Part shown: positions 38,235-46,522 of the stretch, piece by piece | Layout of the letters: every line of letters starts with the position of its first letter | Numbering within the stretch: position 1 is the stretch's first letter | Assembly: GCA_013374855.1 (NCBI GenBank) | Contig: CP055308.1 | Location: forward strand, 661,310 to 725,309 | Length of the DNA stretch: 64,000 nucleotides | DNA from: Candidatus Woesebacteria bacterium | GTDB taxonomy: Bacteria; Patescibacteriota; Microgenomatia; UBA8517 | Direction of reading: 5' to 3' | Position numbers and translations under genes: made by a program | Notes under the pieces: model-generated | The model's database searches: none | Seen by the model: the letters and a program-made list of their open reading frames with translations, nothing else | What the model was told of the DNA's origin: nothing

Positions 38235-39629
38235 ATGGAGTTGGCAAAACTAAAAATCAAAAATCTACCCAGCCCAATCCCCTTCAAAAAACTACTTGGG
38301 CCAAGTTTTATTCTTCTTGGGTTAGGGCTTGGAAGTGGAGAGATAATACTTTGGCCATATCTTTCCTCAAAATATGGAATGGGAATTATTTGGGGAGCAA
38401 TAATAGGTATTACTTTTCAATTCTTCATTAATATGGAAATAGAAAGATACACCTTGGCAAGAGGGGAGAGTGTGTTTGTGGGAATAGCAAGAAAGATTGG
38501 GAAACTTTCACCCTTATGGTTTCTTTTATCTACCCTTATCCCGTGGATGTGGCCGGGAATTATAGCAACCTCTGCAAAAATATTAAGTTTTCTTTTCAAC
38601 AAAAGCTACAATCCAGTAATTCCATCAATAATGCTTATTACAATAGGATTAATACTAACTCTAGGCCCCGTTGTATATAAAACTCAGGAAACATTACTCA
38701 AAATTTTAATTCTTATAGGAATTCCACTAATAATTATTATTACCATTTCGCTTGCAAAACCAGAAAAATTAACAGATCTTCTTTTGGGAATTTTAGGTAA
38801 AGGAGATAACTTTTGGTTAATTCCCAAAGGAATTTCAATTGCTACATTTCTTGGAGCATTAGCCTATGCAGGAGCCGGAGGAAACTTAAATTTGGCTCAA
38901 AGTTTCTATGTTAAAGAAAAGGGTTATGGTATGGGAAAATTTTCAGGCAGAATCACAAGCGTTCTTACAGGCAAAAAAGAAGATATTAAGATAACTGGTT
39001 TTAAATTCCCGCTAAACAAAACGAATCTCAAAAAATTTAACATTTGGTGGAAAAACATAAATCTAGAACACGCAATTGTCTTCTGGGCAACAGGGGCTTT
39101 TACAATGGTGATTTTAAGCTTCTTATCATTTTCAACACTTTACAATAGTGGCACAGACCTACAAGGAGTAGATTTTATAATCAAGGAAAGCCAAATGATA
39201 GGAAAAAAAATACTCCCTTTTGCAGGAACAATTTTCTTAAGCCTTTGTGCCATTATGCTTTACTTCACACAATTTTCGGTCCTTGACGCAACATCAAGAA
39301 TAGCAAGCGAAAATCTATTGATTCTTTCAAAAAAACAGGCATCAATACTGCCTAAATTCTATTATTCTTTCCTGTGGCTCCAAATAACAATTGGTGTCTT
39401 AATTATAAATTTTGTTTTTAACGAGCCATTTTTATTACTTATCATCAGTGCTGTACTTAACGCCTTTACTATGTTCGTATATAGTGCACTGCTCCTATGG
39501 CTAAACAACACTTCGCTTGAAAAACCAATAAGACCAAGTTTTCTGAGAAAATTAGCAGTATTCTCAGCTTTCACCTTTTATGGAATATTCAGTTTTATTA
39601 CAATATTCCAATTTGTCTTCAGAAAATAG
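38235..39629 (+). CDS. Nramp-like (APC superfamily) transporter
   Basis: LGPSFIL.G.GLGSGE.ILWP; about 11 TM helices. Confidence 0.8.
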   Translation: MELAKLKIKNLPSPIPFKKLLGPSFILLGLGLGSGEIILWPYLSSKYGMGIIWGAIIGITFQFFINMEIERYTLARGESVFVGIARKIGKLSPLWFLLSTLIPWMWPGIIATSAKILSFLFNKSYNPVIPSIMLITIGLILTLGPVVYKTQETLLKILILIGIPLIIIITISLAKPEKLTDLLLGILGKGDNFWLIPKGISIATFLGALAYAGAGGNLNLAQSFYVKEKGYGMGKFSGRITSVLTGKKEDIKITGFKFPLNKTNLKKFNIWWKNINLEHAIVFWATGAFTMVILSFLSFSTLYNSGTDLQGVDFIIKESQMIGKKILPFAGTIFLSLCAIMLYFTQFSVLDATSRIASENLLILSKKQASILPKFYYSFLWLQITIGVLIINFVFNEPFLLLIISAVLNAFTMFVYSALLLWLNNTSLEKPIRPSFLRKLAVFSAFTFYGIFSFITIFQFVFRK

Positions 39630-39630
39630 A

Positions 39631-40629
39631 ATGAAAAAACTAATATTACTCATTATTTTTACAACTTTAGCAATAGCAACAATTATGCACTTCTATAAAC
39701 CCAAAAGGGATTCCAATTCTTTCAAAGAAACTAAGGAAAACAAAGATACCTACATGTACAGATATGCCATCGAGGAAATGCAAAACTACAAAATCAAAGA
39801 GGGAAAAATAGAAATTAAAGAGACAATAGAAGAAAAAGATAGTTTTACAAGTTTTTATTTTGAATTCTTTTTCAATCCAAATTTAGATGGAAGGACTATC
39901 AAGAAAACAAGCGGTATGATAAACATTCCCAAAGATGAAGGAAGATTTCCAATAGTCATAATGATAAGAGGATATGTTGACCCAAAAGATTACAAAACAG
40001 GAACAGGTTCAAAAAACTTAAGCTACTTTCTAGCAGAAAGAGGTTTTATAACCATATCACCAGACTTTTTAGGTTACGCACAATCTGACAAAGAAGCAGA
40101 AAACATATTTGAGACAAGATTTCAAACATACACAACAATAATTTCTCTGATTGAATCTGCCTTCCAAATTGAAAAATGGGATAGAAAAAATCTTTTTATT
40201 TGGGGTCACTCAAACGGAGGACAGATTGCGCTATTCGTACTTGAATCTACCAAAAAAGACATACCAACGGTTCTCTGGGCACCAGTTTCTGCTCCTTTTC
40301 CTTATTCAATTCTATATTACACAATTGACTCTGAGGATAAAGGAAAATTTATCAGAAAAGAACTAGCTAAGTTTGAAGAAAATTACGATACTGATAAATT
40401 CTCAATAACCAACTATTTTGACAGAATAAACACAAAAATAGAAATACATCAGGGAGGAAAAGATGATTCAGTACCTTCAAGATGGTCAGAAAAATTATAT
40501 AAAACACTCATTGCCCTTAAAAAAGACGTAAAGTACTATTTTTATCCAGAATCAGACCACAATTTAAGGCCCAATTGGAATGAAGTAGCACTTAAAACTT
40601 TTGAATTTTATAAAAATTTGACAAAATAA
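39631..40629 (+). CDS. Exported alpha/beta hydrolase (peptidase S9-like)
   Basis: N-terminal anchor, GHSNGG, GGKDDSV, DHN; ATG at 39631. Confidence 0.82.
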   Translation: MKKLILLIIFTTLAIATIMHFYKPKRDSNSFKETKENKDTYMYRYAIEEMQNYKIKEGKIEIKETIEEKDSFTSFYFEFFFNPNLDGRTIKKTSGMINIPKDEGRFPIVIMIRGYVDPKDYKTGTGSKNLSYFLAERGFITISPDFLGYAQSDKEAENIFETRFQTYTTIISLIESAFQIEKWDRKNLFIWGHSNGGQIALFVLESTKKDIPTVLWAPVSAPFPYSILYYTIDSEDKGKFIRKELAKFEENYDTDKFSITNYFDRINTKIEIHQGGKDDSVPSRWSEKLYKTLIALKKDVKYYFYPESDHNLRPNWNEVALKTFEFYKNLTK

Positions 40630-40652
40630 AAAGAGAGTTTAATAATTAAAAT

Positions 40653-40991
40653 ATGAAAATTATTACAAGATTGGCAATAAATGTTTTTACTCTTTACATA
40701 GTAGAATACGTGGTACCAGGTTTTAAACTTTCAGGTATATGGTCAGCAACTGTCGCTGCAATAGTCATAGGTATTGCCAACACTTTCATAAGACCAATAC
40801 TTCAGATAATAACACTGCCTATCTCAATAATAACTTTTGGATTGTTTGCTTTGCTTATCAATGTATCGCTACTTTACGGAGCAAGCCTTTTGGTACCAGG
40901 CTTTGAAATAGAAAATTTTCTAACTGCAATTATTGCTTCCATTGCTCTTTCTCTTGTGTCTTGGTTTTTAGCACGTCTTGCTAAAGACTAA
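40653..40991 (+). CDS. YvlD/DUF360-type membrane protein (phage holin_4_2 family)
   Basis: N..IRPILQIITLPISIITFGLF.LLIN..VPGF. Confidence 0.85.
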   Translation: MKIITRLAINVFTLYIVEYVVPGFKLSGIWSATVAAIVIGIANTFIRPILQIITLPISIITFGLFALLINVSLLYGASLLVPGFEIENFLTAIIASIALSLVSWFLARLAKD

Positions 40992-40992
40992 C

Positions 40993-41148
40993 ATGGCAAA
41001 AACTTTCATAAAGAAAAAAGCAGGACACAATCAATCAGGACCTAAATACAGAACACCTGATTTCTTTAAAGGAAAATTAGCATCAAAAATACCGTCAACC
41101 AGTACAAAATTTAACCCCGCCAGATTTCGAATTCAGCACAAAGGATAG
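40993..41148 (+). CDS. Small basic protein (51 aa), not in ORF track
   Basis: MAKTFIKKKAGHNQSGPKYRTPDFFKGKLASKIPSTSTKFNPARFRIQHKG*; begins 1 nt after the previous stop. Confidence 0.6.
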   Translation: MAKTFIKKKAGHNQSGPKYRTPDFFKGKLASKIPSTSTKFNPARFRIQHKG

Positions 41149-41190
41149 TTTCGGCTTGCAAAATAATCTCAAAAGCATATAATAACCCCT

Positions 41191-42081
41191 ATGGCCAAAA
41201 AACAAAAAGAGGAGAAAATATCAAAAACTATTGCAAAAACTCAAGACCAAACCATACAAATTACATTCAATATTCCTCGAGAAGAAATTAAGCGTACAGA
41301 AAAAAAAATATTAGAAGAAATAGGCAAAAATCTAACTATTCCAGGGTTTCGACAGGGAAAAGCCCCGCTCACAAAAGTAAAAGAAAACACAAGCAAAGAG
41401 AAAATTATTGAAAGGATACTATCCTTACTCGTGCTCCCAGAACTGGCTAAAGTATTTGAAGATGAAAATATAAAACCTGTAGTTTACCCAAAATTTGAGC
41501 TGATTTCAGTAAAAGATGGGGAGGATTGGCAGATTAGAGTAACAACTTGTGAAATGCCAGAGGTCGTACTTGGGGAGTACAAAAAGGAGATAATCAATCA
41601 ACTAAAGCCAGAAAAAATATGGACTCCCAACAAAAAAAACGAAGAGAAAAAGGAGGAAACAAAAGAAGAAAAAGAAGCAAAAGTTCTTGAGATTCTCCTA
41701 AAAACCGTTAAGGTAGAGATACCAAAATTGCTAATAGAAGAAGATGTTGAAACAAGACTTTCCCAACTTCTTGCACGTCTTGAGAAACTGGGTCTCACAT
41801 TGGAAAAATATTTAGAATCAGTAGGGAAAACAGCACAAGAACTAAGAGAAGAATATGAAAGTCAAGTACGAGAATCTCTAATTTTAGAACTTGCATTAAC
41901 CAAAATAGGCAATGAGGAAAAAATTACAGTTGGAGATCAAGAAGTGCAAGAGCTAATAAATGCATCATCCATCAGCCAAGAGGAGGCAGAAAATCTAATT
42001 AAAGATGAAGGAAGAAAAGAAATCATAAGAAATATAATCCTGCGAAGAAAAGCACTAGACTTTTTGACTTCCTTAGTATAA
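41191..42081 (+). CDS. tig: Trigger factor lacking the FKBP PPIase domain
   Basis: IPGFRQGKAP ribosome-binding loop plus C-terminal domain; 296 aa. Confidence 0.88.
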   Translation: MAKKQKEEKISKTIAKTQDQTIQITFNIPREEIKRTEKKILEEIGKNLTIPGFRQGKAPLTKVKENTSKEKIIERILSLLVLPELAKVFEDENIKPVVYPKFELISVKDGEDWQIRVTTCEMPEVVLGEYKKEIINQLKPEKIWTPNKKNEEKKEETKEEKEAKVLEILLKTVKVEIPKLLIEEDVETRLSQLLARLEKLGLTLEKYLESVGKTAQELREEYESQVRESLILELALTKIGNEEKITVGDQEVQELINASSISQEEAENLIKDEGRKEIIRNIILRRKALDFLTSLV

Positions 42082-42120
42082 AGGTATAAAATAACTCTAC
42101 CAAATTTCTGCCCAAAAAAA

Positions 42121-42729
42121 ATGGCCGCCAATAAGAAAAACCAAGGGCAAACAATCAAAAATCAAATAGAAAACATAAAGGAAGATAGCCCTTCTTTGCC
42201 TCAATTTCCTATAAAAGACCCTTTAGAAATTCTTCAAGAAGTATTAGGAACAAACACCATACAGGAAAAACCCACAAGAAGAGAGTTCCGCCCCGGGGAG
42301 TCTATTGATATAGCAAAAATATTAACCAATAAAGAAAACACCCAAAATATAACAAAAAGAAAAGAAAATAGATTCATATTTGCCGAAGAAAAAAAAGAAG
42401 ACGAGAGAAAGATGGCAATCCTAAGGATGCAACTTGAGCAAATAATAAGAGAGGTAAAAATACTTGCTCAATCAACAAAATCTGTAGAAGAACAAATTAA
42501 AGCCATTCCAGATCAAACTCCTCAAGAACCAGGTATTTATCATATTGGTTTTTTTGAAGAAATATTAAAATTAGTAAAAAATGCAAGAAAAAAAATAGAA
42601 GAAGCCTCTGTCTGGCTTTCCTTTGCCACAAACCGAGCACAAAAGAAAAACTACTGGGCAAGATACAAAAAGGGTGGGGCAAGTTTCCTACTTTCCCCAG
42701 ATCATTACCTCACAAGATCCGCAGGATAA
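42121..42729 (+). CDS. DUF5660-like CPR protein
   Basis: PGIYH.GFFE, W, KK.YW...KK.G.SF.LS. Confidence 0.65.
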   Translation: MAANKKNQGQTIKNQIENIKEDSPSLPQFPIKDPLEILQEVLGTNTIQEKPTRREFRPGESIDIAKILTNKENTQNITKRKENRFIFAEEKKEDERKMAILRMQLEQIIREVKILAQSTKSVEEQIKAIPDQTPQEPGIYHIGFFEEILKLVKNARKKIEEASVWLSFATNRAQKKNYWARYKKGGASFLLSPDHYLTRSAG

Positions 42730-42783
42730 ACTTGTTGATAAGGTTTGCATAATACTAAATTTTGACTTAAAATATTTTTGTCC

Positions 42784-42857
42784 GGACGGTTAGCTCAGTT
42801 GGTTAGAGCGTTCGCTTGACGTGCGAAAGGTCGGGGGTTCGAGTCCCTCACCGTCCA
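42784..42857 (+). tRNA. tRNA-Val(GAC)
   Basis: GGACGGTTAGCTCAGTTGG..TTCGC-TTGACGT-GCGAA..GGTTCGAGTCC. Confidence 0.95.
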
Positions 42858-42863
42858 CAAAAA

Positions 42864-42940
42864 GGGCCCGTAGCTCAGTTGGCTAGAGCGCTTGGCTGGC
42901 AGTCAAGAGGTCAGGGGTTCGACCCCCCTCGGGTCCACCA
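42864..42940 (+). tRNA. tRNA-Ala(GGC), integration site of the island
   Basis: GGGCCCGTAGCTCAGTTGG..CTTGG-CTGGCAG-TCAAG..GGTTCGACCCC..GGGTCCACCA. Confidence 0.95.
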
Positions 42941-44437
42941 AAGTTGATTTGCCGCCTCGCTCGGCGCTTCGCGCCTCGCTTCGGTGGGCATTTCATACAG
43001 ATAATTCCAAGGTTTTTTGAACGCAACGGACAGCGCACCCGCCGCAAGGCGGCGGTTCGAGCCGATGGTTTTGAGAAAATTTTTCATCTCCGAAAAATTT
43101 TCTTCCAAAATAAGATTTTTGGCTTGGCTGGCTGATAAAATCCAGTTTCTGGTGAGTTCGAGCCAACGATTTCCATTTCGCTCAAAATCAAATAATTTTT
43201 CCTCTAAAGTTTCCTTTTCGCTCATTAGAGCGTTTTTCTTTTGCTGAAATTCTAAAAGCTCCAAAGCGCCTGCAAGGTAGGCATCGGTCAATCTTTCCAG
43301 CTTCTTTTTAACGTTGTTGATTTTCTCTTTAAGATTTTGAGCGAAAAGATCCGATGTTTGGCGGTTCTTCTTTTCCCATTCTTTTAATTTATTCAAATAT
43401 CTTTCCCGCCAAACATCGGGTAGAGAAACTTTTTGACAGTACTCTTTTACTTGTTCGGCTAATTTTTCCTCCCGCAAAAAGCGGCTTTGGGTGCACTTCA
43501 TTGTTTTGCTCTTTTTGGTACAGCGGTAATAGACAAACTCAAGTCCGCTTTTCTTGATGTGCCTTTCTGCCGTTATGGAATAGCCGCACTCTCCGCATTT
43601 TGCGAAATTCAAAAACAGAAATTCTTTTTTCTCTTTCCGCTTTTTGCGGGGCTTGCCGTTGTCTTTTAACGCCTGCTGTATTTTGTCAAAAAGTTTTTTT
43701 GAAATCATTGGCTTGTGACTGCCTTGATGCAGTTCTCCTCGGTAGTAAAACATCCCATAGTAAAAAGGATTTTTCAAAATCTTTTCAATAGACGACAAAG
43801 CCAGCGGCTTGCCGTCCCTGCCAGCCAAGCCAAGGGAAAACATTTTGCACTGAATAGAAGTGAGTGTATATCTGCCAGTGGCAAATTCCTCTAAAATTTT
43901 CTTTACCTTTTTGAAGGTTTTGGGATCCGGCTCTATTGTCCGCAGTCTCGGCTCGTTGAAGTAGCCGAGAGGCGCCTTTGCCGGCAGTTCTCCGCGCCTC
44001 AGCTTCTGTCTTATCCCGCGCAAAATGTTTTCCCGCAAATTGTCGGTGTAGTATTTTGCCTGCCCGAAGGCGACAGAGAGCATAAACTTGCCCTGCGGAG
44101 TCGGCTCAAACCAGAAAGTAGGGAATTTCAGCGATTGGATTTTTCCGGTATCCACAAGGTAGATAATTCTTCCGCCGTCTATGCTGTTTCTTGCCAGCCG
44201 GTCGGGATTCCACGCTAAAATTCCCTGCGCGCCGCCTTTTTCTATTTCATTAAGCATTTGATTGAAGACAGGTCTTCCCGGCTCTTTGGCGGTCTGGCTT
44301 TCGGTGTATTCGCGGACAATAAAGAGGTTATGTTCTCTGGCGTATTCCCGCAGTTCGGCAAGCTGGGCTTCAATAGACAAAATCTGCCTTTCTTCCTCTT
44401 CTGTAGATTTTCGGCAGTAGATGAGGTATTTAATCAT
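42911..44437 (-). CDS. Large serine recombinase/integrase
   Basis: YCRKST catalytic Ser, DRLARN, recombinase domain, CGEC..YYRC..C zinc ribbon, coiled coil; stop lies inside tRNA-Ala. Confidence 0.95.
   Translation of the reverse strand: MIKYLIYCRKSTEEEERQILSIEAQLAELREYAREHNLFIVREYTESQTAKEPGRPVFNQMLNEIEKGGAQGILAWNPDRLARNSIDGGRIIYLVDTGKIQSLKFPTFWFEPTPQGKFMLSVAFGQAKYYTDNLRENILRGIRQKLRRGELPAKAPLGYFNEPRLRTIEPDPKTFKKVKKILEEFATGRYTLTSIQCKMFSLGLAGRDGKPLALSSIEKILKNPFYYGMFYYRGELHQGSHKPMISKKLFDKIQQALKDNGKPRKKRKEKKEFLFLNFAKCGECGYSITAERHIKKSGLEFVYYRCTKKSKTMKCTQSRFLREEKLAEQVKEYCQKVSLPDVWRERYLNKLKEWEKKNRQTSDLFAQNLKEKINNVKKKLERLTDAYLAGALELLEFQQKKNALMSEKETLEEKLFDFERNGNRWLELTRNWILSASQAKNLILEENFSEMKNFLKTIGSNRRLAAGALSVAFKKPWNYLYEMPTEARREAPSEAANQLWWTRGGSNP
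42935..43058 (+). repeat. Inverted repeat A, left copy (124 bp; partner 44570-44693)
   Basis: Read base by base, it is the reverse complement of 44570-44693. Confidence 0.95.
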
Positions 44438-44498
44438 AGCTTTGGTATTAAATTATTGATAAAGGCGGCGCGCACACCGACAATTTGCTAATCTCATT

Positions 44499-44747
44499 TT
44501 GGCTTTCGCCGAAGGCGAAAGAAAAATCATCGGCTCTTGCGGCTTCGCCGCAATACAAACTTTGTTTGTGAACCGCCGCCTTGCGGCGGGTGCGCTGTCC
44601 GTTGCGTTCAAAAAACCTTGGAATTATCTGTATGAAATGCCCACCGAAGCGAGGCGCGAAGCGCCGAGCGAGGCGGCAAATCAACTTTGGTGGTGTCTGC
44701 TGGAAAAAGTTAGAACCTTCTACCAGCAAAACCCTGACGCTGACTGA
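44499..44747 (+). pseudogene. Inverted partial duplicate of the integrase 3' end in attP form (82 aa ORF, TTG start)
   Basis: KIIGS-[11 aa insert]-NRRLAAG..AANQLWW matches the integrase C-terminus, then continues CLLEKVRTFYQQNPDAD. Confidence 0.6.
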
Positions 44748-44915
44748 TTGCCGCCCGCAGGGCGGCAATCCCGCCCAGCGGCTCGCTACTGCCTGACGGC
44801 TGCAGGCAAAACCCGAAAAATTTCTTTTTCTTTTAATAGGCGCGCGCAAAAAATTTTTTCAATTAAGGAAACAATTTTTGCGGGTTTTGCTTCCTTGCTG
44901 ACGCAAGGACGAGCT
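44570..44915 (-). repeat. Internal inverted, intact attP junction (346 bp)
   Basis: Minus strand reads ..CCAGCAGACA-CCAC-CAAAGTTGATTTG..; one arm equals 50155-50380, the other equals 42935-43058. Confidence 0.92.
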
Positions 44916-45010
44916 TGTATTTTTTAGTCGCCCTTGTCCCACCCAACCCAACGCGGGCGACAACAAGGAACTCCCTTGATAATTTCTGTGGACAAAAGAT
45001 TTCAAATAAG

Positions 45011-45070
45011 TTATCATTATAGTAGAAAGAATACACACTTTATAAAATAATCTATATACTATAATGATAA
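45011..45070. promoter_or_regulatory. 14-bp inverted repeat; candidate XRE operator overlapping divergent -10 boxes
   Basis: TTATCATTATAGTA (45011-45024), 32 nt, TACTATAATGATAA (45057-45070); each arm contains an outward-facing TATAAT. Confidence 0.65.
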
Positions 45071-45076
45071 ACAATA

Positions 45077-45286
45077 ATGAAAATTATGTCAAATAGAATT
45101 TCTGAAAACTTAAAGAAGCTACGAGATAAAAAGGGCTATTCTCTTGAAAAGGTGGCTCGTCTTGCTGATTTATCGCTTAATACTATTGTTAAAATAGAGA
45201 ACGGAGTAAATCAAAATCCCACAATAGAAACATTAACTAAAATCGCCAGAGCATTAGAAGTTGGTGTAGATGATTTAATTAAATAA
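45077..45286 (+). CDS. XRE-family HTH regulator (RM controller-like)
   Basis: LKKLR..KG.S.E.VA..A.LS.NTI.KIE.G...NPTIETL.KIA.AL.V. Confidence 0.92.
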   Translation: MKIMSNRISENLKKLRDKKGYSLEKVARLADLSLNTIVKIENGVNQNPTIETLTKIARALEVGVDDLIK

Positions 45287-45288
45287 CT

Positions 45289-46518
45289 ATGAAAAATTTT
45301 CAACCAATAACAAAAAAATTATTTCCTGCTGATTATCAGTTAATTGATGGAACTGATGAAATTTTTGAGTTAAATTTTGCTTTTTGGGAATATGAAAATC
45401 TTAATAAAAAAGATTTAATTAGACGCAGTGCCTATTTTAAATCAATAGAAGGCGAACCAACGATTCACTACCAAACTTGTAATCTTCAAAATTTAGAAGA
45501 TATACACCGCAATAGTTCTTTACGCACAAAAGCCTTTTTCTTAAATGGTAAATATTCTACAGGATACGCCACTCATAGTTTATTCCCATATAGGGGCAAA
45601 TTTCATCCACAGATGATAAGGGTTTTACTAAATATGATGAGTCTAAAACCGGGTAATGTTGTTCTTGATCCAATGTCTGGTAGTGCGACTTTATCAGTAG
45701 AGGCAAATTTGTTAGGTATTGATTCAGTGGGTGTCGATGTAAGTCCTTTTTGTTGTTTGATAGGCAGAGTAAAAACTTTTGCCTTAAATCTTAACGGCGA
45801 GAAACTTATCCAAATAACCAAAGAGCAGAATAAAATTTTTGAGAAGTTAAATAAGAATAAAGTACCGCATTATTTTATAAAAGATAGCGACGATGAAGAT
45901 AGGTCATACTACGAAGTTGCTTTATTAGCCTATCTTGACGCTGTAGGTTTTGCGCGCAGAAGCTCTAAATCAGTAAGCACTCTTTTCCCGATCGTGCTTA
46001 ATAGGTATATAACAACTATCAAAAATTTCCAAAATGCAAGAGAAAAACTGGGTCTAAGAATAGGAAAAAGTAAAATTATTGAGGATAGTGCGTTAAAATT
46101 ACCCCTGGAAGATAATAGCGTTGACGGCGTAATTACCTCTCCGCCTTATTCTTTTGCAATAGATTATGTAGATAATGATAGACCACAATTGGAATATCTT
46201 GGCTATGTCCCAGAAAAGTTAAAAGAAAATATGATTGGTTTGCAGGGTAGAGAAATAAGTCAAAAATTGGAACTTTATTTTGAAATGCTTGATAAAGTAT
46301 TTAGAGAATTGGCAAGAGTTAGTAAAAAAGGCAGCAAAACTATTTTTGTGGTTGGAACTAATGATATTCAGACAAAAGGTGTCAGATTGGAGACGAAAAT
46401 TAAGGAACTAGCAGAAGGGCAAAAGTTTAAATTTCTTTTTGAAATTTTGAAACCAATTAAAGGTCTCCAAAATACGATGAAGGAAGAATATATTTTAATT
46501 TTTGAAAATAACAAATAA
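45289..46518 (+). CDS. Amino (probably N4-cytosine) DNA methyltransferase
   Basis: Y.GKFHP, motif I VLDPMSGSAT before motif IV ITSPPY. Confidence 0.88.
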   Translation: MKNFQPITKKLFPADYQLIDGTDEIFELNFAFWEYENLNKKDLIRRSAYFKSIEGEPTIHYQTCNLQNLEDIHRNSSLRTKAFFLNGKYSTGYATHSLFPYRGKFHPQMIRVLLNMMSLKPGNVVLDPMSGSATLSVEANLLGIDSVGVDVSPFCCLIGRVKTFALNLNGEKLIQITKEQNKIFEKLNKNKVPHYFIKDSDDEDRSYYEVALLAYLDAVGFARRSSKSVSTLFPIVLNRYITTIKNFQNAREKLGLRIGKSKIIEDSALKLPLEDNSVDGVITSPPYSFAIDYVDNDRPQLEYLGYVPEKLKENMIGLQGREISQKLELYFEMLDKVFRELARVSKKGSKTIFVVGTNDIQTKGVRLETKIKELAEGQKFKFLFEILKPIKGLQNTMKEEYILIFENNK

Positions 46519-46522
46519 AAAT

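Noticed and set aside
21853-40991. Prophage suggested by two 'phage holin' family genes and lysozyme-like genes
   Set aside because: YvlD/DUF360 proteins are common chromosomal membrane proteins; no capsid, terminase or tail genes present.
44570-44915. Internal attP as a pure co-assembly artefact of circular and integrated forms
   Set aside because: Such a collapse would give a direct, not inverted, copy and would not create the diverged extension with a 33-bp insert at 44523-44569. Disfavoured but not excluded without reads.
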